DNA from: Rhynchobatus australiae
Taxonomy: Eukaryota
NCBI GenBank assembly: GCA_034780895.1
Contig: JAUZTB010000002.1
Location: 52,345,924 to 52,409,923, forward strand
DNA: 64,000 nt
Reading direction: 5' to 3'
This document shows positions 52,030 to 64,000 of the stretch, in pieces (positions within the stretch are counted from its first letter, which is position 1; every line of letters begins with the position of its first letter). The position numbers and the translations under genes were made by a program. Below the pieces are notes generated by a model that saw only the letters and a list, made by a program, of their open reading frames with translations, was not told the origin of the DNA and searched no databases.

Positions 52030-53652
52030 GATTTCTTTTTCACTTTGTCCTGCTCAAAGAGGTAGCTATGGGAGCTTGCATAGGTCCACGGTACCGTATG
52101 CTTGTCTTTTTGTGGGCTATGTGGAAAAATTTTTGTTTCAACCTTGCTTAGGCCTCTTTCCTTAACTCTTTTCCTGGTACATTGATGATGTACATTGATG
52201 CTCTTGATGCATTGATGTACATTGATGCTCTTTCTTGCAATCTTACAGAATTTGAAATGTTATAATCTTTGTTAAAGACTTCCACTCTGCTCTCATTTTC
52301 ACTTGGTCCATTGCTGATTTTTCCCTTCCCTTTCTGGATTTCTCTGCTTCCATCTCAGGGGATAGTCTAGTGACAAACATCAATTACTAGCTTACAAACG
52401 CCCACAACTATCTTGACTATACTATGTCCCACCCTGCCTCTTGTAAGGACTGCATTCCATTTTCCCAGTTCCCCCATCTGTCATATTTGCTCCAATGACG
52501 AGACTTTCCATGCAGGAGCCTTTGAGATGTCTCCCTTCTTTCTAACCTGTGACTTCCCATCTACCAAAGTTGACAGAGCCTTTGACGTATCTCATGTATT
52601 TCCTGCACCTCTGCTCTAACCCCATCACCTTCTGGACAGATCAAGGATGGAGTTCTTCTGAACTTCACATTGGACCCCACCACTCTCCGCATTCATCTGA
52701 TGACCTTCTGCAGCTTCAACAAGATTCCACCACCAGACGTGGCTTATGACCTTATGCAGCTTCCGCCACCTTCAACAATATTCCACCACTGGATGTCTTC
52801 CCCTCCCCTATCAGCCTTTCAAAGAGACTATTCCCTTCATAATCTCATGGCATTTAGTTATGTAACTGCTGAAGATGCAACACCTGTCCTATTATTTCTT
52901 TCATTCCCACCATCCGTGGATCCTAAAAGTCCTTACATGTGAAGCAGCAATTCACTAGGACTTCTTACAATCTAGAGTGCTGGCATTCAGTGTTCATGAT
53001 GTTGTTTTCTCTACATTGAGAATCCAAATGCAGATTGGGTGACTGCTGTATGGAGCATCTGTACTGCAGGGCTGACCTTGACCTTTCTTTTGCTTTAATT
53101 CTCCTGCTCACTCCTGTTCTGACCTCTGTTTTTTGCCTCCAGCACTTTTGTAATGAGGCCTGTGTCAGCTTGAGGAACAGCACTTCATCTTCCATCTGGT
53201 CATGTTATAGCCTTCTGGTCTTTATGCTGAATGCTCCAACTTCTGAGGACTTATTTACTCTGTATGTATCAGAACTAGATAGCTCTGCTGTAGGTCATCA
53301 ATTTGTAACATTGGTTCAGCTTTTGTTTCCCCATTAGTATAGTTTGACCTGCTGGACATTTCCTGCAGCTCTGCCTTTTGCATCTTTTTCATTTCTTTGT
53401 GTTCTTTCACCAATGGCCCTCAATAACCTCTCAAGCATTTGACTTCATCTGCAGCTGTTCTGATCTCACTGTATCAAAGATAGTCACTTTGTCCTATCTT
53501 TTCTTCCCCCTACCCTTTTTACAACTTTTAATTGTTTTCTCTTTCTCCCAGTTATGACAAAGGTTCTTTGACCTTGAATATTAATTCTGTTTGTCTTTCT
53601 ACTGATGCTGTCTGATCTTCTGAGTGTTTTGAGCATTTTCTGTTTTTATTGA
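52030..53652 (+). mobile_element. Penelope-like retroelement remnant (RT, GIY-YIG endonuclease and 3' pLTR)
   Basis: Decayed motifs include VAMGACIGP..YACLFVGYVE (about 52062), YIDD (52178), SISGD...HNYLDYT..HPASCKDCIPFSQF, the GIY-YIG-type C..C..LYI..K.RLGD, and LRNSTSSSI in an alternative frame of LEEQHFIFHL. The terminus matches the other pLTR copies. Confidence 0.85.
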
Positions 53653-56600
53653 GAAAGGACATTCGGTGGGCATGTGAGAAAGAATAAATTGTAGTGCTAC
53701 AGGGGAATAAGTCAAAGAATGGGACTGATGAGATTGCTTTGCTGGAGCTGACATTGAATCGATGGGCCAATTGGCTTCCTTCTGTGTTGTAATAAGTATG
53801 TAATAGAAGTTTCATTCATAGATTGATATGACTAAGTCTCTCAGTTACAACTTGGGCTATAATTTCAAGTTTTTCTGTTGCATTTTAACTTCAAAATTGC
53901 ATCTCATAGCTTTGTTTTTGGAGGGAAAGTTGTCCTTTTTCTTTCATCTTCTTAATTTTTCCCTCATGTGACTAACCTAATTCTTAGATTTGTCATTGCT
54001 GCCATTTGGGCAACTTATAGTGTTTGACAACTCCTTTTTCTTTATTTTTTTCTTTATTGTGTGATGCAGTTGATTTAACTCCTGCCTTTGGCTGACGGGT
54101 GAAACTTTTATCCTCATGATACCATACTACAGCTTGCCAAAATTCCTCTGATGCTTCATTTGCAGTTCATTTTGGAATGCTTTCTCTAATAATAGTGGTG
54201 GAAGTGCTGGGATGTTTAGTTACCTTAGTGATGGAAGTGTTGCTTTTGCCTGTATCATCTAGCTCTGATCTTGCTGTGCGGTGCAGATATTTAGAGTTCA
54301 ACTAGGATCAACTAACTGAACGCATAGTGAACTGTAGAACTGTATAGTTTACATAGCTGAACTATGTTGTGGATAAAATGCCTGAATCAATGGGGAGTTA
54401 CCTTTTAGGTTTTTATAATGACCATTGGTTGCTGAAATGTTAGTAAGCCATTTGAGTGACTCACAGTTTTGAGCAAACTGAAGCACTTTCCAAAATATTA
54501 TTCACTACCCAAATAGATAAATTACTAGGGAAAATGTACATAATTAGTGTAGTAAATTAAGGTGTAATTGTGATTAATTTCAGGTGCTGCATGATACAAG
54601 TTCAGTAAGTGGTTCCTGGTGCAGTCTTATTTTAGAAAATAATCCACGTTTATGCCTGAATGTCTTGAATTCTCAAAAGGTTTAGTGTTTTTAACATGTG
54701 TTTTAGAAAATTGGAAATTTATAGTAACTGAGACAACTTCTAAGGCCTGATCAATTTTGTTTTACGCAGAAGGTTCAGAATTGGTGATTTGTCTGTGGTA
54801 ATGTTGATATAGTTAGTTATAGTGCAGAATTGGTTGTTAAAATGGGCTTTGCAGACCGTACATCTGAATTCATTTTACTTGGTATGGCAAACAGCTGTAT
54901 TTCACTTCAGAGCAACTAATACATTACCATATGGGTAAAGATTACAGTGTGATTCCAATTTCATGTTCAGCCTACTGCTTAGAATAAGTTGTCCAATGTG
55001 TTTCTGCTTTTAGGTTATATTTTAATGTCCGGAAGAAAGGAAATCAGGCAATTTCACATGGGAAGACTTTGATGTGCAAAGAAGTCAATTATCCAACTGC
55101 CAAATCTATTGTGGAACGGGGAAGTAATTTATTAAGAGCCTTCAAGAGTATCTGCTGGACCAAATGATGCACCTGTGTCAGTCAAAGAACAAAAATGCAA
55201 CTTCCTAAATTTAAAAATAAGTGGCTAACATTCTTGAGTTAAGATTACTGAGAAAATTATTGTTTACTAAACAATGTTCAATACACTGTCACAGTTATTG
55301 GATTGAGGTTCATTTGTGCTCTTCCCTTGAGATCTTGGTGTTAGAAATCAGACGTTGATGCCCATTTTTTAATTTGCATTTTGCCCATTACATCTCTCTG
55401 CCATGAGATTTAAATATATAATGCAATACATAAATAACACCACTGTTTGGAACAACCTAAGCTAAAGCCAATATATACTGTATAAGATGGACCCTAATAA
55501 ATTCAGTATAGAATTCACAAGACACTTTATTCAGCAGTTGTGAGAATGTGGGATGTATCTCTGCATGAACTCATCTCTCAAGCCAGTAGTTTTGTATAGT
55601 CTCCTGATAATAGAACCCATGCGTTCAGTTGGTTTGGATGATTTAGTGAGTTCTTCATTGGGGCTTTGGGTGTCTTTAAAAAAAAAAGAGTTAATTTCAA
55701 GGGTATGAGAATAAAAATAATATTGTCTGGAGTTCTCTATGTTAAACTGCTTCTTAAAGAGGGTGTTGGCTAACTAATGAAGGAAGAGAAATTAAAATTG
55801 ATCACTAAACCAGAGACCTGCATTATCTGTTTATGCCTTTGAAACTTGGGGTTGTTTTTTCTCAATGATTCACTTCCAATAAAAAAAATATGAAGTGGGA
55901 ACAGATCTCAAACTGGATGGGGACAAATTATGGAAAATTGGTGCTGTTTTGGTTAGAACATATCAGAAGGAACTGATTGTTGAATAGTTTGTACATGATG
56001 CTTGGCGTATGGTTACAAAAATATTCTTGAAGTTAAAAAGTTGGCTCTCATTTGAGCATGTGTTTAGAAAATAACTAGTTTGAGAAGATTATGACATAAT
56101 GAGAAAAAGATCTTTTATATAAGATATCTGCAGTTAGTACAATAGATGTTGCCACTGTGCTTGAAGAGTTAACACATTTCAATTCCTTTTTGGGATAACC
56201 AATAAAACTAGATCCTGTTCCTTTAATTAATTTCTCATTTATGTTAAAGGTGGAAGGATGTTGAGAATTATCTACAAATCTACATAATGAAAAAAAAGAA
56301 AAGCAAAAATGCTTTCCATTTGTATGCCTCAGTTTTGAATTGAAAATGTTTGGTGGAGAGTTTTCCAGAACTCAACAAATAAACAACAGATGAGAGGATT
56401 TAATGTTAAAGACGCTGTCTGTGTACTTGGAGACACATTTATAGACTGTATTTTTCCAATTGCTGGAATAAATAAAGGAACCTTATGAAGATTTGCCAAT
56501 GAATCTTTGATGGTTTGAAATTCTTACACTGCCTTGCTAATGGGTCTAAAATGTGTTTGTCACTGTGACATTCCATGCTGATCATAGGCAGACTTTTATA

Positions 56601-58176
56601 GTTTTAAAAAATCTGATTTCCTTTCATGTTGAGAGACAGTATCCCTTTTGTGCATGTACATATGTTAGGTTTTAAAACTATAGAAATGTTTTCTCTTTAA
56701 TTCGTTTTTCAATTGAAGGAGTGACAGTGTCACATAGTTTAAATCTTTATTGTTAATTGTTATGTTAATGAATTATTGTTATTTATAAATTAAATTTTGG
56801 TGCAAGAACTTGCTTATCTGGGAAATGTTTTCTTTCCACTGTAATATTTAAGCATATTACTAAAAATTCTGTAGAAGGGAAATAAGGAATTCTGATTCTC
56901 ACTTGCAGTGGTAGGAATGAAATGGACTAAACAGTTGACTTGAAGGATTATTCTTAGATCAGGAATCCATAGAATAATTGATAGCAATGGCATGGTTGTT
57001 AGTGGATTAAACATTAGGTCAATGTGGCCTGACTTTGGTTCTTGATCCTGGCTTCTCTTTAAGTGCAATGTCATCATTTTTTTCAGATTCTATAATTGGG
57101 AAGTTTTGGATCAGTTGTCCCCATCCTATTTTGCTGAAGAGTATATCCTGGCTTCATGTACTATCTTTAGTACATGAAATCATTAAGAGAGAAACCAGTA
57201 ATTTAAAAGAGAAACAAATATAAATACGAATTTATCCCCATATTAGGATAGTTAAACAAACAATAAGATGGCATGTTTATCGACTACAATGACATTTTTG
57301 GAAGTGGGTGTATATTGCGCTGAAGCTACTATTGAACTTGCTTAGCCCTGTCAACAAGGATTGATTTCTGTGTATTGATCTTGAAATATTGTATAATTAA
57401 AACTAGTATCCTGCTAAAATGAGAATATGAAATTCATGCCACCTTCTTTTACGAAAAAAATTGTGGTTTCTGATTATTCAGTACTGCCTCCAGTGTTCCT
57501 GTCTAGGGTCCCATGGTTATTGAAACTGGATGTTACCCAAGTGATTTTGGGTGACTGCAAGCCAATTTGCTAGTATTTAAAAAAAATGATATAATGTGTT
57601 GGTAATTGAGGTGTGTACTATAATTGATTTTATTGTTCCTCACTTTTTATTGGTTCATAATTTGAGTACACATTAAGTCTGCCTTAATTTCAGGTGCCAG
57701 ACAAGTTTGCTTCTTTTTATTAATTTTTGCTCACATCCCTCAGAAATTTGAATTGTAGTATGTAAATGAGATGCATTCTTTGTTCACAGAATAGCAGAAG
57801 GATTACAGCACACAAGTGGGGCATTTGCACATTGATTCCTTGCTGGCAGTGAGAGCAAATCTCTCTCTGCCCTCATCCCATATTCTTATGTTTTTTGCTA
57901 TTCAGCTGTCTTTGAAGCGACAATTGAATTTGCCTCCATTGCCCACTTTGGCATTCAAGAACCAAACCACTCACTGTATCGTTGAAAATTCTCATGTCAT
58001 TTATGACTCTTTTGGCAGTCTGTTAAGGAAATGAAAATGGGCATAGACCAAAGGGCCCCTAGAGCCAGCTATCTACTCAAGGTTATGGCTGTACTGATCT
58101 TTGCCCCAACTCTAATTTTCTGTCTGTTTCTATAGCTCTTGACTGTTTTCCAGAACAGTAATTTACCTCAGCCTTG

Positions 58177-58405
58177 AATAAGATAAGATTTCTTTATTAG
58201 TCATATGTACATTAAAACACATAGTAAAATGCATCTTTTGCATTGTGTTCTGGGGGCAGGCTGCAAGTGTCGCCATGCTTCCGGCACAAACATAGCATGC
58301 CCATAACTTACTAACCCATACGTCTTTGGAATGTGGGAGGAAACTGGAGCACCTGGAGGAAACCCACACAGACACAGGGAGAACGTACAAACTCCTTACA
58401 GACGG
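58177..58405 (-). mobile_element. Young V-domain SINE (same family as 11232-11535), 5' truncated
   Basis: aagataagatttctttattagtca...gtgggaggaaactggagcacctggaggaaacccac. Confidence 0.8.
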
Positions 58406-58409
58406 TGCT

Positions 58410-58682
58410 CAACCACCCACTTACACTAATCCTATACTAACTGTACATTCCCATTAACTCCTCTCAGCTTCTACTATTCACTCAGACACTTGGAGCACAT
58501 TACAGTGCCCAATTAACTTACCAACCTGCATGTCTTTGGGATGCGAGGGGAAAACAGAGCACCCAGTGGAAATCCACACGATCACAGGCAGAACGTGCAA
58601 ACACCACACAGACAGCAACTGAAGTTAGGTACCTCTGGTATTGTGAGGCAGTGGTTCTGCCAACTGTGTCAATGTGCTGCCC
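58410..58682 (-). mobile_element. Older V-domain SINE adjacent to the young copy
   Basis: catgtctttgggatgcgagggggaaaacagagcacccagtggaaatccac. Confidence 0.6.
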
Positions 58683-59419
58683 TTCCAATTCCTTTCCCGA
58701 AAGACATTAGTGAACCAGATACCTTTTTACAATGATCTGGGAGTTCCATGATCATCGTTACCAAGATTAGCTTCTCAACGTTTCCACCGTCCATGGTGGG
58801 GTTTGAACAATAGTCCAGACCATCTCATTTCTGCACCTGTCTGGTAGCCATACACCTGAAGATGGCCAGGGGAGGGAGATGGTGGTTGGCTGGAGAAATT
58901 GACGAAGTTTGGGGGAAAAAAAAAGGACAGAGCTGGTGTCAGTAAAAGAAACCATGAAGTTGTTGGATTACAATAAAATCCCAACTGGTGGGGAAGTCAC
59001 TGTTGGACAGAATTGGACTTTGGCTGGGAAGCTCTCTATGATGTGATGGGCCGAAGGGCCTGTTCCTGCGCTGTACTGTTCTATGTTCAATGGCTGACCA
59101 GCCTGAATGCCAGCTCCTGAAGCAGCGTATGTGAAAATGGCCATGTTTGTGGGGTTATGCAAGGCAACAAATACTCATGGAAACTAATGAGTGAGAGAGG
59201 GGGGAAGTGGGTGGTGGTGGGGATTGCTAAGGGAGAAAATTGGCTCCTGTACTGAGAATTGGTGTCCTCAGTCACCTCTACCCTATCTGATTTCCTCTGA
59301 GACTTGGACTTCTTTGTTAGGTGACAGATTGTGAGTGCTTTTGTTCTGCATTGCCCGCCCCCCCCAATGGATTTCCATCAACAGACAATCATCTAACCCA
59401 TTTGTTACAGAAGCCATTA

Positions 59420-59640
59420 ATTGATTTCAGGCAGACACTGAAATACGCCACTTTAATTCACCATCCTACTCTGACCTGTGGCATCTACCACTATTGTAAC
59501 AAGCTCCTTAAGTTTGAGTCAGGACAACACCTCATCTTCCATCTGGGCATGTTGCAACCTGCAAGACTCAATATCAAATACTACAGCTTTAGCTAACTCA
59601 CTCTTTCACTGTCTGCATCAAAACTAGCCCTACTCTGACT
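59420..59640 (+). mobile_element. Penelope-like GIY-YIG C-terminal fragment
   Basis: The ORF ends QHLIFHLGMLQPARLNIKYYSFS, matching the PLE C-terminal pattern EQHLIFRLGxLQPxGLNI. Confidence 0.65.
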
Positions 59641-59799
59641 CATCACTTAGTCATTTTATCAGTTGAGGGGCTGAAATTGGTTTANNNNNNNNNNNNNNNN
59701 NNNNNNNNNNNNNNNNNNNNNNNNNNNNNNNNNNNNNNNNNNNNNNNNNNNNNNNNNNNNNNNNNNNNNNNNNNNNNNNNNNNNCATTGTGTTTTTCAG

Positions 59800-59909
59800 A
59801 TGAGTAATAATGCAGCCAGTCCCATGTCAGCTGGAGGGAACGTGGCATCTAGCAGCGGGAAGGGATCAGCAAAGTCGACCAGCTTCGTTGCAGAACTTCA
59901 GACTATGAT
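59800..59909 (+). CDS. SUPT3H: SUPT3H (SPT3 homolog, SAGA/STAGA subunit) first coding exon
   Basis: Reads ttttcagATG AGT AAT...ACT ATG AT|gtatgt and translates MSNNAASPMSAGGNVASSSGKGSAKSTSFVAELQTM(M). This matches the mammalian N-terminus [34 protein letters not shown] as recalled. It is antisense to RUNX2, as in other jawed vertebrates. The acceptor could lie further upstream, in the adjacent gap. Confidence 0.9.
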
Positions 59910-62039
59910 GTATGTAAACAAACCATGCAAAATATTTATTATGATATTCAACCTAAATATAACTTATTTGTAATGAGTTCATATGTTCAGCCACACAAAG
60001 GATTTGGTGTTTTGGTGTACAACAAATAACGTTAGTTTTGAATTTGCCTATGTGTTTTTGTTGCATTTTGTTAGTCACAAAGCAACACTTATGTATAGTA
60101 TTTGCACTTTGCATATTTGATGAACAGTGTAAAACATTGCTATTTATCCATATAGAATAAATTGGCAAATGATAGATCAGAGTTTAAGTGCTTGCAAAAT
60201 TCTTAGTGATATTCAGCCAAATGCGATTAATTCGTCATGGTAAATTTCAGTTATTTTTCTTTTTATCTTTGCATTTGGAAGCACAATGACTAGAATATTT
60301 TCCAATGAGACAGGTTATCCTTAAACAAACCTCTGATAGAGCATAACAGACTGAGGGAGTTTTTCATGAATGAGCTGAACTGTTGGGGGATTTTGCCACC
60401 TGTTGACTTCTGTGTGAAGGTGTGAGCTGCAAAAAAAAGATAGGTGATTTGAAAACTTAGCTTTGTACTTGTGTGTTTAATGGAGGTAAAATGTAATAAA
60501 ATAAAAGAAACATTTTGAATTGAAGAGGAAAACGGAATGTAAAAATTGTAAAAATCAAAACTTCCGTATTCTGCACCTCATCCTTTATACATACTGAACC
60601 TTCCATAGTTTAAAGAAGAGATTAATTAAAAAAAACCCTTAAAATTAGCTGAAGATTACTCTTGCTTAAAAAAAATGAAAAATTGAACAGTGGTGGGAGG
60701 CACAGCATTTTGACTTTCTTTTTCTCAGTTTTCATTATGTTTGAATGCCATCAGAATGTATATTTTGGACTGTGGCTCTTATTTGCCAAAGTCCTCTTTG
60801 TTTATCAAAGAATATTCTCAGTCTGAACATTGGCATTTTTCCTTTGATTATTCCATTGTTGTAATCTTACACAAGTGGATGACAAAGATAATTTTTGCTC
60901 CCTAATTTTGTTAAATCAGTTGTATTTTGCACTGACAAATCATTGACATTTTGGTTCATGATATTTGTGATCTAAATTGAAGGTTATTTTTAAAGGAAAT
61001 TTTTAAGTATCTAGTTAATGTTTTGAAAGTTTTTTATGCAATTTTGAATTTGTTTGACCATGACAACAGGGACAAAGAACTGGCTTTATCATTTCACTGT
61101 GTCAGTGTAATAGACACTGGAAGCCAGAATTGGACCTCATTGATTGTACATCCGATAATGGTGAAGCCGATATTGTACTACACATAAAAAGAGACTCATA
61201 ACAGGCATGGACGGAAAAACCACCAAAATAAATCTCTGTAAAAAAAAATGAAAGATCAAAGTTAGTTTTGGCAGCTCAGTACTGTATTTGGGCTGACAGG
61301 TTTGTCAGTGCATTAACAAAAATAATGGTTTCCTGTTCTATTTGGTTACAACGTCTGCCTGATTTCTCCTGCCTTCGTGGAGGTCTTTAATTGAGATCAC
61401 TTGTACGCATGCATGACAGGAAAGAAAAAGGCTCATGGGAAGTTGAAATGGAACAAAAGTTCTTGTAATGGGGTAAAAACATTAACTGTTGTAAATTTGG
61501 ATAAAACCTGCAAATACTGGTACTTTTTTTTCTGAATACTGCCATTTTCTTTTTAATTTCAAATTAAGGCTTCCTTAGATATCAGTTGCTAGCAGCAACA
61601 GCTTAGCATTTTATTGTCTGCCACAGCCTATACATTTAAATCATTAAAGACATACAAATACATTTCCACCATGTGGCATTAAGAATTTCTTTTGAGAATT
61701 TGAAGCTTCATCTGTAGAATAAGCATTGGTGCACAAAAAAATGTTTGTTTTGGGTGAAAGCATGTGAATGTAGAGTTGGTTAAAAAACATTTCTATGTGT
61801 AAAGTTATTGTAGTTTTTAACATACAGTGCTTTAATTAAATCAATACTCATTAAACTACATTGAGTAAAACTGTGAATATTGGGGCTTTCGTAATGCTGG
61901 ACGCAGATTTTCCGAACCACTGGAAGCTATTCCACTTAATACTTCATGCTTTTAATTTTCTTCTTAGTAGATTTGTGCTGTAGTATCACGTTTTTCAGCA
62001 AATTATATGTTTGAGGGGACATGGTTAATAGGGCCACAG

Positions 62040-62322
62040 TGAGATTAAAGGGAGTGTGGGAAGCTGAACATGGTACATTTCAAGAGAGCACGGTGAGTTC
62101 CGAGGGTCTTCAGGAAAACCTGCCTCAAGGGAGCACAGGAAATGGGGTGCAGATGCATTCAAAAGAGTGCAGGAACTGGGCCCTCATTGGGTTTAAAGGA
62201 GTTTGATAACTGGAGCCCTGGTGCGTTCAAAGGAGTGCATACTGCGGCCCTATATGCTAAAGGGAGCGCGGAACCTGGTGCTCTGGTGTGATAAGGAATT
62301 TACAGCAATCGGCACCCTTTGA
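62040..62322. repeat. Degenerate about 33-bp minisatellite, core AAGGGAGTGCAGGAACTGGGGCCCT
   Basis: Units start at about 62047, 62082, 62127, 62163, 62195, 62228, 62258 and 62293. Confidence 0.7.
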
Positions 62323-62778
62323 GTTAAATACCCAATCTATCTAGGTTTCCATTTCAGACAGTGTGTTGTCAGAAGATTTACTGTAATGCTATAATGTAAT
62401 ACATGAGAATGTAACACATCTCAGTTATCTTGCTCTGGTTTACTGTTGTTTGTTATAAGTTGGAAGTCTAACACTAGTTTAGTGGCACAGCATATTTCTG
62501 TACCAATAAGGCATTCATTGAAGTGACTGGTTTTGATTTTGCAAAAGAAGCAGAAGATTGGAACAAACAGGGATGGAAGGCCATCCACCTCGGTCTTCCC
62601 TTCTGCAACTTAGATTTGCAGATTGAAGAACAACATTGGAGTCCATTGCTCAAACTTAAAAAGTTCTGCTGTAAACTTGTAATGCATTGGCACCAGGTAA
62701 AGTTTAAAATCTTGATATCAGTAGTTTTCAGATTGATTTATTGATATTAATTAATCGTGTTTTAGCATTTACTCATCA

Positions 62779-63022
62779 ATAGAACATAGAACAACACTGG
62801 ACAGGCCATATAGCCTATGATGTTGTGTTGATCTTGATACTAATTTACACTTATGTCATGTGTAAATTCATGTGTCCATCTAAAAGCCTCCTAAACTCCA
62901 ACAAACTGTCTGCTTCCACTACTACCCTGGTAACCTATTCCAAGAACCTACCACTCTCTGTGTAAAAAAAACCCCTCACATCACCTTTAAACGTGCCCCC
63001 CTCTAACCTTAAAAGTATGTCA
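62779..63022 (-). mobile_element. CR1 LINE 3' end
   Basis: atagaacatagaaca...cttccactactaccctgg...ccactctctgtgtaaaaaa. Confidence 0.7.
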
Positions 63023-63729
63023 TGGCAATGAGATAATGAGGTAACAACATTTAATAGTAGTCCTCAGGTCTAAAATGTCAAGCAGGATAAATTACGGATA
63101 AGAAATGTAAATACAAAGTATTTTGCATTCTCTGGTCCAGGGGCCAAAATACCTAGGCCTGTAATGGACCACATGTTTGGGTTCCTACAATAGAATTCAG
63201 TCAGCAAATGAGATAAGAGTGCTGGAACTGGCATTCCATATCCACTTCAAAAATGTGTCTTAAAAATAATTGTATTTGAAAATTATGTTTGATTTGAAAT
63301 GATTACTATTTCTTTTACTTTTGTTATATCAAGAATCTAGTCCAGAATGAACTATCAGGCTAAAATATCTGATGGCTAAAAGTGATCTCATAATCATCAA
63401 CATGGGCAATGAATGAGAAATGAATGCTTTTAATTTCCTTTAATTTGTCCATTAAATTTGACCATCTTTGGTGGCCACTTGTTACTTTAAGCTTGCCAAT
63501 ATCTTTCTCTTGAGCCTTATTGTACTGCTTTTCCTTGATTTAAGCTTGGATTAATGATTTGTTTGTTCTCGGACTTATTGTTCAGGTTGACAAAAGTTGC
63601 TAATAATCAACATTTTGACCTAATCAGTCTTTATTCCTGATACATCTACCATCTTAAATTGATTCTGCTGTTAGTACTCTTTCAGGAACCATCTTTACAG
63701 CACTGTTGACTTTCAATTCCAGATAATTA

Positions 63730-64000
63730 AGGGTAGATGGGTTAAAGGTCTGGCAAATGTAGTGTAATATGGGAAAATGTGAAATGGTCCATTTTTGCTG
63801 AAATAATTGAAAGAGAAGCCTTGCATTCTAAAGGCTGAGAGGTTGCAGAGGTCTGAGTGCAAAGGGATCTGAGTGCCCGAGGTCTTGATTTGCAAAAGGC
63901 TGGTTTGCAGGTAAAGCAAGTAATTGGGAAAGCTAACATAATGTTAGTTATTGGGGAACTGAAGACAAAAGTAGGGAGGCTATACTTCATTTGTAGTGTG
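63730..64000 (+). mobile_element. CR1 RT fragment running off the window
   Basis: tggcaaatgtagtgtaatatgggaaaatgtgaaatggtccatttt gives W Q M..N.GKCE.VHF; gtgcaaagggatctgagtg follows. Confidence 0.65.

Noticed and set aside
60735-60752. Minus-strand ATGGCATTCAAAC resembling the RUNX2 P1 start (MASNS)
   Set aside because: It translates MAFKHNEN, with no MASNS...FFW or matching donor. P1 is probably beyond the right edge.

Overview
This is vertebrate nuclear DNA: AT-rich, intron-dominated, with many short N gaps. The repeat content (CR1 LINEs, V-domain and Deu-domain SINEs, Penelope-like elements) and a QA-less Runx2 point to a cartilaginous fish, probably a ray (inference). The window holds the middle of the interdigitated RUNX2/SUPT3H locus. 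On the minus strand are four RUNX2 coding exons: P2 'MRIPV' exon 40530-40835, Runt-domain exons 39496-39652 and 30327-30431, and post-Runt exon 2545-2721. All join in frame through GT-AG introns. On the plus strand is the first coding exon of SUPT3H (59800-59909). A CpG-retaining island at about 39.3-43.2 kb carries the RUNX2 P2 region and, only about 1.8 kb away, a divergent housekeeping-type promoter with two ZNF143/THAP11-type motifs, probably the SUPT3H start. The RUNX2 P1 exon, the RUNX2 3' exons and later SUPT3H exons were not found in the window. Almost all ORF-track entries are spurious or retroelement remnants. The best second-look items are the near head-to-head RUNX2-P2/SUPT3H promoters, Penelope-derived palindromic mini-elements with hammerhead-like cores, a candidate frameshifting RUNX2 micro-exon, and two related minisatellites in opposite orientation. 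Repeat boundaries are approximate.
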